A stretch of DNA of 64,000 nucleotides from the human T2T-CHM13v2.0 reference genome, Homo sapiens, in NCBI RefSeq assembly GCF_009914755.1, contig NC_060935.1; one strand, 5' to 3'. The stretch's first letter is position 1, and every line of letters begins with the position of its first letter. Both the position numbers and the translations under genes were made by a program. This document shows, piece after piece, positions 32,020 through 45,429 of this stretch. Below the pieces are notes generated by a model, which was given only the letters and a program-made list of their open reading frames with translations, was not told the origin of the DNA and did no database searches.

Positions 32020-34729
32020 CTGAACATAAAAACCACATTAAAACAAATGGTCTTGCCAATCTTGCACCATATTATTTGATCAAAAGATAAAATAAAAAGA
32101 GATATATCAGAGCCCTGCAAACAATACGTATACATATATGTGTGTGCATTTTCTTTTAATACACATGAAGCAGAGGAAGATTAAAAAAAACTCACAGCAG
32201 AATTATTTGCCTGTATTCTGAAACTGTGTATACAAAATTAAAGCTTGTTGGTAGTGGCAAATATCTCTATAAAATTGTTTATATGTATTTTCAATGTCTA
32301 TATTTATAAAAATGAGTTATTTTACATAGAAATAGTAAAATATTTTCAAAATGTATGTTACTGATTTAATATACTGTGACTTTGACACTTTATTTTTCCT
32401 TGAGGCATTGAAATTATGAGATCATCCCATTTTGGTGGGAAGCAGAAGAAATTGTGTAGCTGTGTGTCTTTGGATCCCCCTACTTTAACTCACCATAATA
32501 CACTTCTACATTTGCCATCTTTGGGCCCCTATTTGCTTAATTCTCTTTATGGGTAATTAATGGCCCATCTCCTCTCTTCCTTGGTGTTTTCTCACTCCTT
32601 AAGTGCTATGGTCTGACAATCCCTACTTCCATTCTGAGAGAAGCTGCCCTTTTTGGGCTTTGGGGATTTGTGGCTTTGCTCTGTGCAACTACATGCTCTA
32701 GACACCTCCCTACAATTCTCGGACCAATTAGGAAGTGGATGTGGCTATTTTCCATCTCATCATTTTCAAATATCTTTTTCTGTTTCATTACATATCAACC
32801 ACATCTTGATATATTTTCTTCTTAATTTGGGTTAGACTCAATGTTTCATCATTCTGCACTATCTTCCTTATGATCCAAAGTTTTCTAAATCTTCATTTGT
32901 CTGCTGAAACTCTGCTCAAGGGGAAGCCAATTATGTATTCTTCAATGCCTCAAATCAGGAAAGTGATCGTTTTTGGAGGGTAGTTTGACTCATTATTAAT
33001 TTATAACTAAAAATCAGGTAACTTTAAACACTTCCTGAAAAACATATTGCTCTATTGTCTATTTTATCTCTAACTTCCCATGATGGCTATTTCTAGTGAG
33101 TGGAGTGGATCGGTATTGTGGGGGCAGTCTCTTCTAGTTGCAGGCCATAAGTTGGTGCAGTGTTTAAAGATAATTTTAAATAAAAAAAATCAAGCCAGCT
33201 AAATGTCAGTCTTTTGTTATTATTAGTATTCTCTCACGAGTCTAAACAATGTCAGTAATAAAATATTTCTCCTACTGAGACAGATTTTCCCCACTACCAC
33301 CTATTCCCTCTCAGAAAACTACTAGCAATTTCAAACCTTTTTCAAATTGATCAAACACCTGAACACTCACCTCAGCAATTATAGCAGTTGACTTCACCTC
33401 TGATTCTATAGAGGAATATTATTATTGTAGCTAACCTATACATTTCAGTTATGTCAGTGGTTGTATTAATTAATTTACCTGTATTATTTCATTTAATCTT
33501 TGTTATTAATGTTTGACCTACATTCTATTGTTATACTCATTTTACAGCTAAAAATAATTGGTGCACCATGAGTTGAAGTACCTTGCTGAGGATCAAACAA
33601 TTCCTACATATTAAAGCCCAAGTGTGAACTTTCAGTGCCTGATGTCAGAACTGTAATTCTTAAACATAACATTCTACCATTCTTAGCCCATTCGTTCTGA
33701 AAACCTTTAATTGATCTCCATCAAATCTTCAAACCTGCCAGCATCTAACCCTATACACCTGTCTATTTCTCCTATGATAGGAGAAAAAGCTTTTCAACTC
33801 TTATATATGACCAATTCCTCTACCTGTGTCCAGAAGGAATACCCATCTAACATTCCCTCATCCTCAGTAATCATGGACTAACTATTGTCTTCAATTTAAG
33901 GTCTCTTTCTAGCATACAAACTTTCAGTTCTTATTGCATCATTACTCTTGAGAATGATTGAAAACTTTTAAAACTGTATTATTTATAAAAGATCATAAAA
34001 CATTATGTTTAATTTTGAATATGTAAACTGTGATTTCATCCTATATGCTAGCTGTGATTACATCAGATTGCTTAGACAATTATTGTTAATCAAATTTAAA
34101 CAGAGTCACAAGTAAATATGTCGGCTTAAAAATATGTATAACTAATCTCTGTATTGATACACATGTTACACAGATTTTATATTTTGTTCTGTGAGTTGGA
34201 ACAAATGACATTATTCCATTCAAAAAGGAAGCATCAGCTCTGAGTTAGTATTTAGGATGGACATGGAAGAAAAGGAAATATCCCAGAGTTGATCAGAACT
34301 CAGCAATTAGACAAAATGTAGTAACAAAGCTTATAAAGAATTTATTTCTTGTGGAAACTGGGTCTGGAAGGAGAAAAGACGTAAAATGGTGTGGAGCACA
34401 GCAGTGGCAAAGCATGGAAGACCTCCTTTCTCCATGGTAGGATAGCCCTTGCTACACATAGAAATGTTTATTTTCCAATGACCAAAGATAAAGGTGGCTC
34501 TGTACCCTGACTCACCACTGAAATGATGAATATTTTAGAAAAGCTTTTGTCAGGTATTTTTGAAATAATGAAGCTATTTACAAAAATATGAAAAATAAAA
34601 AATGTAACAAAAAGGCTAAATAGCATGACCACAAGACTGGCAGATCTGAAAAAATCTATACTTTGTATTTATTAAATGGTAATGTTAAAAATAATATGTT
34701 GATAAGTGTAATGTAGCTATTGATACACA

Positions 34730-34870
34730 TTCAGCCCTGATATTTTGTAATGGTGAAACACCAGAGACAACTGAAATATTCATCAACAGGAAAATAATTA
34801 AATAAATTAGAGTATATTCATACTATGGGATACTTTTCAGCCATTAAAAATAAATAGTTAGATGTGGAAG
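34730..34870 (+). mobile_element. L1ME relic
   Basis: AAATATTCATCAACAGG...AAATAAATT...TATATTCATACTATGGGATACT...CAGCCATTAAAAA. Confidence 0.65.
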
Positions 34871-34872
34871 AT

Positions 34873-35245
34873 TGTATTAGTGTTTAAAATGTTCCCTGCT
34901 TATTCTAAAATACTTACTTGCCCTACTGATGGCAAACTTGGTTGTAAGCCTTGCTTTGGCAATGAAATGTGAGGAGAAATAACATGTGCCCTTTCACAAA
35001 GAGGCTTCAAGAGTCAGTGCATACTGACTCTATATTCTGTATGAAGACACCATTGTCACAGATTTGGCTTGCTCCATCAGACTGAGTCCCACAGTAGAAT
35101 TTAGGGAGTAGAGTAGTAGCTCCTCCTAGGTGGATGCAACATGAGTGAGAAAGAAACCAGTGTAAGTACGGTAAGTCAATTAGATTCTGAGATTACAGAG
35201 TCATTTGTTATTAGCAAAACACAACTCATCCTAGACTGACTGATA
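34873..35245 (+). mobile_element. MLT1-type solo LTR
   Basis: TTGCTTTGGCAATGAAATGTGA...CAACATGAGTGAGAAAGAAACC...TTTGTTATTAGCA...CCTAGACTGACTGATA. Confidence 0.7.
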
Positions 35246-35964
35246 ATGAAGATTTGTGTGTACATACATGATGATCTATACTGTTGAGTAGTGGTGGAAT
35301 GTAAAGTGTTATACATGCTGGTTAGGTCTTGCAACTCCTTAGGAATATTATACAATTTTCCTCCATGACATCATGCCTAGCATGTGTCTTGTTAGGTTAT
35401 GCTGTGAGTAGCCCTAGTTACAGGCCTGCTAAATCAGAGAAGAAGAGAAGTAAGTCCTGAAGAGAGCAGATACTGCTTTGTGGGAGACAGACCTCCACAT
35501 TTTCTTCCATCATAGAGAAGACGGTTGCTACTACTTAATGGGGAGGGTTGTGCCATATCTAGATTCAGAAGGTTCCAAAGATTCGTGGAAATGAAAATCT
35601 TCACAGGCACCCACACAGATGTTTCCACCCTATGAACTAAGGATTTTTTCAAGCCGGTCCCTGACCTTGTCAAAACAGACACCTGTTTTATTTCCTTGAT
35701 GTTCAGTCTCTCTGACTTGAATCCTGTGCTTGGACATTTCCCATCCACCCATGAGGGATGATGAAAGCTTACTAAAGAGGCCTTCACATTTCATATCTTG
35801 ATTTTCATTCTCTGTTACCATGAGCTGTTCATTATCTTTCTGTGGTGTGTTGAATACATGATACATTTTGTCTGTTAATTTATCCCTTTCTTTTGATATA
35901 CTAGTACCAAAGTGTTGCGAAAATTTTTTTAAACAGCTGGACTACTACCTTGTCCTCAGGATAT

Positions 35965-36105
35965 GAGCTTTCTTTAGAGGGTGATGAAAATGTTTTTAAA
36001 TTAGTTTATCCTTATTGCTACACAACTACATGAATATAAAAATGTTGAATTTTGTGTTTTGAAATGATAAATTGTAAAACACATGATTTATATCTCAATA
36101 AATCT
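35965..36105 (+). mobile_element. L1ME 3' end relic
   Basis: GGGTGATGAAAATGTT...TTATATCTCAATAAA. Confidence 0.65.
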
Positions 36106-36269
36106 TAGTAGACTTAGAAAAACATGCTTTATAAAACTGATCATGATCTAAATGTAATGATATTCTATTACCCATTAAGTACTTATGTCTTCCAAATATT
36201 GTCCAGTATTTTTCCTCAGAAAATATGTATTTTATGTGAAGGTCCAATATGCTTTTTATATAAGCTTTT

Positions 36270-36705
36270 TAAGTTATATTTTATTTTTAATTCACACATA
36301 ATTATTGTTATATTTATCAGATACAGTGTGATGTTACAATACATGTTTACAATGGGTGATGATTAAATTACGGTAATTAGCATATCTATTACCATAAACT
36401 TTTATCATTCCTTTGTGTAAGAAACATTCAAAATCCTCTTTTCTAGCTATTCTGAAATATATATCTTATTGTTAACTAAAGTCGCCGTACTATGCAATGA
36501 AACAATAGGACTTATTCCTCCTATTTAACTGTGGCTTTGAACCTGTTGATCAACCTTTTCTCTCTCTTCCTCCTACCTATGCTTCCGGGCCTCTGGTAAA
36601 CACTATTCTACTATCTACTTTATGACATCAATTTTTTAAAATTCCACATATGAGTGAGATTATGCTGTATTTGTCTTTCTGTGCCAGGCTTATTTCACTT
36701 AATAT
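36270..36705 (-). mobile_element. L1MA 3' end
   Basis: TTTTAATTCACACATAATTATTGTTATATTTAT...TTCCACATATGAGTGAGAT..TGTATTTGTCTTTCTGTGCC.GGCTTATTTCACTTAA. Confidence 0.85.
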
Positions 36706-38194
36706 GCTTTAGTTTAAATAGTGATATATACAATTTAATATAATTTAGTGTATTGCATCATTTATATCTGTTTTCCATTAGACAATGAGGTCTTTGATGT
36801 CAAGTATTTTACCTTATTTCTTTATATGTGGTTCATGAAATACTCAATGAATGCTTGATAGATGAATAACTGAAACAAACTTCAATGGTGACATTTTTGG
36901 TGCATTCAGAGGCCAGGGTAGAGATGCAGAGAGGTGTTCTTGAGAGTGGGTTGCTTCAAGTATCATCATATAAGAGATCATCTTCTATAATGGTGTGGAT
37001 AGATACTTAATGTTGCCTGAAAAAGTAAAATACTCGTTCAAATGCAGAAAGGTTACATTGTTATGACTGACTTTCAAAAGAGAAAATTTGTATAGCATGA
37101 CATGTTTCTCATCGGCAACCACTGTTCCCCTCACAACAAGCCTGATCACTTGGTACACTTACTGTAATACTATTTTTCAGTTTGATAGAATCTAGAAAAA
37201 GAAAGACAAACTGACAGCATACCTAATTTAAGTTCATGAACAAAGTCACGCATGTAGGTATGAGCAAGCCTGTGCTTTAGTTGATGAATACTAGTGAAGT
37301 GTTATGCTACTTAAGGTGCCTCTTGATTTTAATGTCAAACTGCCTTCAACCTTTCCTATCCAAATTCCTTAAATTATTTTGTTTAATAGAAAAAGCCAAA
37401 CAGTTTATGTTAAAACTCTCTGCTAACTATGCTTAGGTTCAAGAATGATTCGAACAAATATCAAGCTAAAATCATCTAACCAGTAATAAAGATAACACAA
37501 CTCAGTTGTTCCATTTTTCAAGTTAGCCACATCCAAAAATTGTTCTGCAACAAATGACATATAACAGTTGTTAAAAAAAAAAAAAAAGGGAATGATATTT
37601 ATTATACCAAACTGTTTCTAATGAGGAATCAGATTTTCAATCAATATAAACTTGGCCTGATCATGAAATGAATATTCAAATCAGGCCTGTCCTCTCCGAG
37701 GATTGTTCAATTTTTCCATCTCAAACCATGTTATCCCTTGAGCAAACGGTAAGTAATGGGAGTTTCTTCCTACTATAACTTTTACATTCATATATGTGTA
37801 GGAACAACTAATTTAATTGTCACTCAATAGCATGCTAAATGTTAAGAACTTATTTGGCTTGTAATTTTTCTTCAAGTGGCTTAAATACAATTTCCTCTTT
37901 TTTTTTTATTTTGAGATTTTGCGTCACTTCAGTGGAGCCCCTCACTGCTCCAACCAAACAAAATTTTTTTGAGATTTTGCTTCACTTCAGTATTTCAACC
38001 AAATACTCTATTAATAAAAAGGACTAATTTATTTTATTAGACTCAAATTCAGTAAAACACTAAGGAATATGATGGCATAGATATGGATATGAAAGAAATA
38101 TGGATTTTGAAAATTTTCTGTAAGTGGGTATGTGTACAGCTTATGTATTATACTATCATATACATTCAGGTTTGATTGTGGGTATTAAGCTAAT

Positions 38195-41100
38195 TTATTT
38201 TTTTCTTTCTAAACTTTTATGTTAAGGAGATATATATGCAGGTTTATTACATGTTTAATAGATCTTTCTCCATCCCTTTATTTTGAACCTATGCATATCA
38301 CTGCATGTGAGATAGATCTCTTGAAAACAGGATACAGTTGGACCTTGCTTCTTTACCCAAACTGCTACTCTGTGTCTTTTAAGATGGGTGTTTAGCCTAC
38401 TTAAGTTCAAGGTTAATAGTGATATGTGAGAACTTGAGCTTGTCATCTTGCTGTTGCCTGAGTGTTATGTATACTTGATTGTACAATTACTTCATAGTGT
38501 CAGTGGGCTATATACCTAAGTATGTTTTTGTATGGGCAGATATCCTTCTTTCATTTCCACGTTTAGGACTCCCTAAAGGACCTCTTGTAATGCAGGTCTG
38601 GTGGTAACAAATTCCTTTAACATTTGTCTGAAAGACATGTTATTTCTTTTTTGCTTATGAAGCTTAGTTTTGCTGCATATGAAATTCTTGGCTGGAATTT
38701 CTTTTTTTTAAGGGTGCTGAAAATAGTCTCCTAATCTCTTCTGTCTTGTAAGGTTTGTGCTGAAAGTTCTACTGTTAGTCTGATGAGGTTTCATTTGTAC
38801 ATGACTTCCCCCTTTTCTAGCTGCTTCTAAGACTTTTTTTTAATTATACTTTAAGTTTCAGGGTACATGTGCACAGTGTGCAGGTTAGTTACATATGTAT
38901 ACTTGTGCCATGTTGGTGTGCTGCACCCAGTAACTCGTCATTTAACATTACGTATATCTCCAAATGCTATCCCTCCCCCCTCCTCCCACCCTAAAACAGG
39001 CCCCGGTGTGTGATGTTCCCCTTCCTGTGTCCGTGTGTTCTCATTGTTCAATTCTCACCTATGAGTGAGAACATGCGGTGTTTGGTTTTTTGTCCTTGCC
39101 ATAGTTTGCTGAGAATGATGGTTTCCAGCTTCATCCATGTCCCTACAAAAGACATGAACTCATCCTTTTTTAAGGCTGCATAGTATTCCATGGTATATAT
39201 GTGCCACATTTTCTTGATCCAGTCTATCATTGATGGACATTTGGGTTGGTTCCAAGTCTTTGCTATTGTGTGTGAATAGTGCCGCAATAAACATACGTGT
39301 GCATGTGTCTTTATAGCAGCATGATTTATAATCCTTTGGGTATATACCCAGTAATGGGATGGCTGGGTCAAATTGTATTTCTAGTTCTAGATCCCTGAGG
39401 AATCACCACACTGACTTCCACAATGATTTTTATTTTTGCATTGAATTTGGAGAATCTGATGACAATGTATCTTGGAGATGGTCATCTTTGGTGTATCCCT
39501 AAGGGGTTCTCTGAATTTTCTAAATTTGCATGTCAACTTCTCAGGTTAGGTTGGGAAATTTTTCACTGAAAATATCCATAAATATGTTTTCCAAGTTGTT
39601 TGTTCTCTCTCCATCTCTTTCAGGAAGGGCAGTGAGTCATATGTTTTGTCTCTTTACATAATCCCATATTTCTCAGAAGTTTTGTTCACCTCTTGGTAGT
39701 TTTTTTTTTTTTTAATATATATATATATTTGTCTGCACATGTTGATTCAAAGGAGTCAGCTTTGAGATCTGAGATTCTATTCTTGGCTTGGTCTATTTTG
39801 TCGTTAATTTTTCCAATTGTATTCTGAAATTCCTGCAGTAAATTTTTCACTTCAAGAGGTTCAATTTGGTTCTTTCTTAAAATGGCTATGTTGTCTTTCA
39901 ACTCTTGGTCTGTTTTACTGTGTTCCTCGAATTTTTCCTATATGTTGATGAGCCTTCTTGCCATCCATATTTTAAATTCTATGTCTACAATTTCAGCCAT
40001 TTTAGTCTGGTTAAGAACCATTGCTGGGGGGCTGGTATGATTGTTTAGAGGTAAAAAGCCACTCTTACTTTTAGAAGTTTCCAGAATTCTGCTATTTTTT
40101 TCTTATCTGTGTGGGTGATTTTTCTTTAATTTTTGAAGTTGCTGTAGTTCAGGTGGGGCTTTTTGCTTTTATATTCTTTGATACTGGCATAAGTTGGGTT
40201 TAATCAATTGGCTTGGTTTCTTGATGCTTTCTGGGGGGCACAGCTCAGCTCAGCGCTCCTGGGCTACAAGCTCTAATCCTGGGATCCCAGGACCAGGCTT
40301 GTGGCCTTATTCTCTGGCTTCTAGAGGTTAAGTACTCACTTCACTAAAGGGGCCAAGGTGTTCCCAGTCTGCTGACAACAACACCCTGACAGAGACTTGC
40401 AGCAAAAGTACTCTAGTGGGGTGGCAGTAGGCCCCTGCTCATGTGTGCGCCTGTGGGGTAGTAAAGGTTCCATTAGTGTGTATGTGCTCATTGGGTGGTG
40501 GGGGGAAGTTATGGGCTAGTGTGCACTGGCAGAGGAATACTGCAGGTGAGTGTACACTGGAAGGGGAAGGCTGTGGGCAGGTATTTGCTTATGCGGGTTG
40601 CATGTTGGCAGGAGTTCCTCTGCAAAAGTGCTTTGATGGTTACTTGGGATCTGCTGGTGAAAGATCTATGCTAGTGGCTGCTGGCAAATTGAGGCTGCAC
40701 TGCACCTGAGTGTGGCCAGGTTTGAACCCTGGTAATGGCTGGCACTCAGATCAGACTGGCCCTATCCCTAGGGCAAGAGAGCTCTGTTCTCTCCAGATTC
40801 AGCAGCCAACAAAGGCTAGAACCACCTAAAGAGAATGGGCAGCCTTGAGGGATGGGTGCCTATGGCTGTGCTCCAGAGCAGCCATTTCCATTCCAAACCC
40901 TCTTGGCTACATACAAGTTGACATTCTGTCTCCGCCAACTCTCGGAGGAGTTCTCCATGTCAGCTCAGTTGTCCATGGGTGTTGTGGGTTCTCCCACAGT
41001 GAGGATCCCGGAGGTTCATGACAACAGTGGGCCACTCCATGCTTATTTCACTCACTTCTCTAGGAGCTGCTTAGGGCCAGGAATGAGTCCTGGTGTTCAG

Positions 41101-41245
41101 CATCCCTGTGCAGGGTTCTCAGCTTCCTCCCCTTTCAGCCCGGGGTCTGTATCCCCACTCTGTCCACTCTCAATGCCTTCTTTCTGGATATCTGTTTGGA
41201 GTGTGCTGGTCTACTTGTGGTCTTGTCTCTCATGATGAGAGAAGC
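38195..41245 (-). mobile_element. Older primate L1 (5'UTR, ORF1, start of ORF2) joined directly to the last ~50 nt of its 3' end
   Basis: ORF2 N-terminal peptide MTSSSSHISLLTLNL (38255-38446), ORF1 peptide (39686-39901), GC-rich 5'UTR ~40150-41245; 3' terminus-like ATATATATGCAGGTTTATTACATG at 38230-38253. Confidence 0.8.
38834..39425 (-). mobile_element. 5'-truncated young L1PA (L1PA3/4-like) nested in the older L1
   Basis: TTATACTTTAAGTTTCAGGGTACATGTGCAC... near-consensus 3'UTR; short TSD-like GA(C/T)TTTT. Confidence 0.95.
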
Positions 41246-43218
41246 TATTGAAGCTAAAATTTAAAAAGTATATTCTGTGTGGAAAAAAATGTATCTGGCA
41301 TTGGGATGAACATAATTTTTGACATTATTCAACATATAGCTTCCTTAAGGACTCTAATTTTTTAAAACAATTTTAGAATACTAAATTTTAAAAAGCAGAA
41401 TATCAAACTGCAAACAAATGTGACTATGGAATTGAAGAGAGTTCAATTACGGGGGTGTTCTGTAAAAAGTTTCAAAAGGAGAAGAATTTGGGTCTGGAAC
41501 TTGAAGGTCATGTTCAACTTGAAAATGTACAGTGAAGGAAAAAAAATTAGGTATTCTAGGCTAGTCATTACAAGTGAAGAAATGAAAACAGAATAAGAAA
41601 ATTGTTGAAAATTATACTCATAATTATGATTAATGTCAGCTGATCCTTATTAACCACTTCCTTATTTTTTCCAAAACACTTTCTAAGTGCATTACTTCCA
41701 TTATCTCAGTATTGTTATCAATTCTATGGGCCAGGAACTATTATTATTTTCCTTCCAATGATTAGGACTCTTGTGTTTGAATGGTCAGATCACGTGCTAG
41801 TAAATGATAGAGCCAAGGTTTCAGGTCAGGCATGTATAACTGCAGAACTCATTCTCATTCCAACAATGTATTCTATATTCTTCTTTTAATCATATAAATA
41901 TAGGTTTTGGGGTAAGAATACCTTTCTTGAGAATATCCTTAAAATAATTAATTTTACTAAGACACTAATAAAACTGGCATATAGTATTTTCTTGTATTAT
42001 AATTTATGGACTACTTATTTTAGAACGTTTATGTGAAATAAGATGATGAAGGACCAGAATTGTGTTTTACTCATCTCTATTTAACACTTACATCTTCCAG
42101 GATATTATCTTTCACAAAAAAATTGAGAAATTCTGTTGGATTTTATGCACTTATCAAACACAGTGCTTCTAATGTGAAAATAACATTTGGAGAAGAGTCA
42201 GTGTTTTTGAAAAGGATGCCCACGGAATTGATATTATTATGCTAGACAATTAAAAGTCAGAGTTTTTTAAAATAGGACCTAATATGATAATATAACTAAA
42301 ATATTAAATATTTAATTAGAATAACCAAGTTATATTCTCTAAGAATACCTAAAGAATCAAACTTGAGAAGCTACAGACTGGGTGGTCACTAACTTCTGAT
42401 CCACATAATTTTGGAATTACACTTTAATGAAAACTACCTTCGATTTGATAAAGGGAGAAAATTTTATAATTTGATAGGACTGTTTCAAAATATTTAGAAA
42501 AAAATCTGAGGATATAAAGAGGAACAAGACAACTATTTTGCAAGTGTATATCATATATTAAATAATATTCAGAAGTTAATAGTGGACTCAATACTCTTAG
42601 AGATCAATATGATCCTGGTGATGTAATACGCAGCATTAACAAAACAAAACAAAACAAAGCACATGTGACAAAAAAGATACTTGGCTTAAAAACAAAATAA
42701 ATATTTTCTTGTATCAGAAGCAGGAAAGATTTAAAGTAGAAGATTGCTCTTTACTAAACTTTACCACAATCAGGGGCAGACTGGAATTCAGATTTGGATA
42801 ACTATAAGAACAAAAAATGCTTAGACAACATACAACTGGAGCCAAGTTCATAGGTTAAAATGAAGACTATGTTGAGACTTTGCTACTTATAAAATAATCC
42901 CCAATACTCCCAAATTTCATGCCTGGTAACAACTCACACATCTGATAAATTTTCAGCATTTAATTTGTATCTGAGATGAGCTACTATCTTGTTGAATGAA
43001 TATCTGATAGTCACACTATCTCCCATAAAAAGAGCCCTAAAACTCTAATGTAAAATATGTATTTTGACTATAGAAATTCAGGATCAAGCTGCTGTAACAC
43101 ATTCTCACTCAACAGGTATAAGTAAGCATAGTGGAAGAGAGACATAAGAATTAAGGGATCAAACAGAAAACTAAGGGATCAAACTAAAACTTCCTCACAA
43201 AGTAAGACTTTAAACCAT

Positions 43219-43222
<4 letters not shown>

Positions 43223-43268
<46 letters not shown>

Positions 43269-43325
43269 TATATATGTGTGTGTATATATATATACATATA
43301 TATGTGTATATATATATATATATAT
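43223..43325. repeat. Compound (AT)n/(CA)n/(TG)n microsatellite
   Basis: Directly visible. Confidence 0.95.
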
Positions 43326-43347
43326 TCTTATTTTAAAAAGGACAGTA

Positions 43348-43520
43348 AATAAATTAGCCAGGCATGGTGGCAGGTGCCTGTAATCCTAGGTACTCGGGAG
43401 GATAAGGCAGGAGACTAGCTTGAATCTGGGAGGTGGAGGTTGCAGTGAGCCGAAGTTGTGCCACTGCACTCCAGCCTTGGTGACAAGAGTGAAACTCCAT
43501 CTCAAAAATAAATAAATATT
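43348..43520 (+). mobile_element. AluS right arm (5'-truncated)
   Basis: AAATTAGCCAGGCATGGTGG...GACAAGAGTGAAACTCCATCTCAAAAATAAATAAA; no left arm. Confidence 0.92.
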
Positions 43521-44493
43521 AAAAACTAAAATAAATCAGACATAGATTTACTGCAAGGAAAATCAGTTTTATGGACCAAGTTAACAAGATTTCAAAATGA
43601 TATTTAGGAAGCTCAAAGACACAAATGAAGTAATAACATTCAAAACAGAAGAATAATGAATATGACACATTTCCAGAGTGAAAAAAATATGACTAGGTCC
43701 TATAGAAAACAATACTGAGATTTGGGGGAAAATATGGCTATTGAAATAATAGAAAATAAAACTATATGTGAAGTGAATTTTGTCTAGCTATGGTTGAGAG
43801 AGAAAGTATATCATGGAGGAAGATAATGAAGGATTTGTTAAGAAATATACACAGATACACAAACATATGCATGTACTCGCTTTTGCCACCTTGAAATAAC
43901 TTTTTATTATGTCATATTTATGGAATTGAACAAACAACTCTTCTATCCCAACAAATCCCCAATAAATACAAAATGCAAAACTGTTATCCATAGGCTTAAC
44001 ATTCTGGATTGAAATAATAAACATTATGGATTGGAACCTATTTCCCCAGAATATGCTTTAAAACTATCCTGGTGGGGAAAAAAATAAAATTTTTTAAATG
44101 ATTCTTGGGAAATAAAAGATAAACGACAAAAATGATAGGAAACTTCTTCTAAACCATTGAATAGTTTTTGTAACAGCTAATTTGACCTATAACATTATAT
44201 TTTAACTAGAAATAAAGATGTAGTTGTTTACAGCAGTATTTGGCAAGCTTCAATTAATGGAAAAATAAGAAACCAAGTGCAAATGCATTCCTGTAGCAAG
44301 TTAAATCTTATTTTCTTGCTATACCCTGTTTTCCAACTGGCAGGATTAAACGTAAGATTATCGTTTAAATATCACATTGTATGTCTTACACAGCTAGCAT
44401 TTCTTCTTCCTGTGAATGTGAAAATATGTACCATGTTTTTGTATTCTGGGCCAAAGAAAAGGAAATTATAATTTTGATTTTTAAAAAAGAAAT

Positions 44494-44800
44494 GGCCAGG
44501 TGCAGTGCCTCATGCCTGTAATCATAGCACATTGAGAGCCTGAGGCAGGAGCACAGCTTGAGGCCAGGAGTTTGAGCAACAGAGCAAGACCCCATCTCAA
44601 CAAAATTTTTTTAAAAAGATAGGCATGGTGATGTGTGTCTGTACTCCTAGGTACTCTAGAGGCTGAGGTGGGAGGATTGCTTGAGCCTAGGCATTCGAGG
44701 CTACAGTGAGCTATGATCAAGCCACCGTACTCCAACTTGGGTGACACAGCGATGCCCTGTCACTTTTAAAGAAAATAATAATATAAGAAAAAAAAGCAAA
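44494..44800 (+). mobile_element. AluJ element
   Basis: GGAGGATTGCTTGAGCCTAGG...GAGGCTACAGTGAGCTATGATC AluJ diagnostics. Confidence 0.92.
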
Positions 44801-45199
44801 AAATCTTTGTTGTTTTCCTTAAGTTGAGAGAAGAGAAATCTGTTTTTAATCTCAGAGTTCACTATCTTTGGTAATTGGGTAGTTCTCGGTGAGAATACCA
44901 ATAGCAGTAATTCTGATGAAATTACTAACCTTTCCTAATGATTTCACAACATACTATTTTTCATAGCTTCCCTTCTAAGAACAATTATGTTTTTTAAAGA
45001 ATGATTATTTAATTACCTGACTAGGGGGCTGAATTATCTGGTGAAAACTGCAGTCTTCTGGAAATGAAAACTCATTTATGATTAAATCATTGTATAAACA
45101 TGCTTTGTTTATTGAGAGTCAAGTCATTTCTTCACTTACACTGTAGGCCTAAAGAACTTGGCTTTATTATCTTTTCTCAAAAAGGAGAATTTTAAAAGA

Positions 45200-45405
45200 C
45201 ATAGTTGATGGAGAAGAGCCTGGGCTTTAGCAATAATTAGTCAGAACTTAAAGCTCAGCTTTTCAACTTAGCATTTTTGTGGCAATGGAGAAATAAAATC
45301 AACTGTTCAATCCTCACATTTATCATCTACAAAACTCAGGTTAAAATATTTGCCTTGCAGAGTACATATGACCATCAGATAAAATAATGTATTAAAATAC
45401 TGTAT
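45200..45405 (+). mobile_element. MIR relic
   Basis: GGAGAAGAGCCTGGGCTTT...CCTCACATTTATCATCTACAAAA. Confidence 0.55.
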
Positions 45406-45429
45406 ACTGCCTATGTATGTTACCCCTTA

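Noticed and set aside
40443-41235. 88 and 127 aa ORFs
   Set aside because: Antisense to an L1 5'UTR; GC-driven chance ORFs.
43788-44024. Hydrophobic 78-aa ORF superficially like an ion-channel transmembrane segment
   Set aside because: In-frame stops right after the upstream acceptor and no neighbouring exons of a recognisable channel; AT-rich DNA gives F/I/L-rich peptides by chance.
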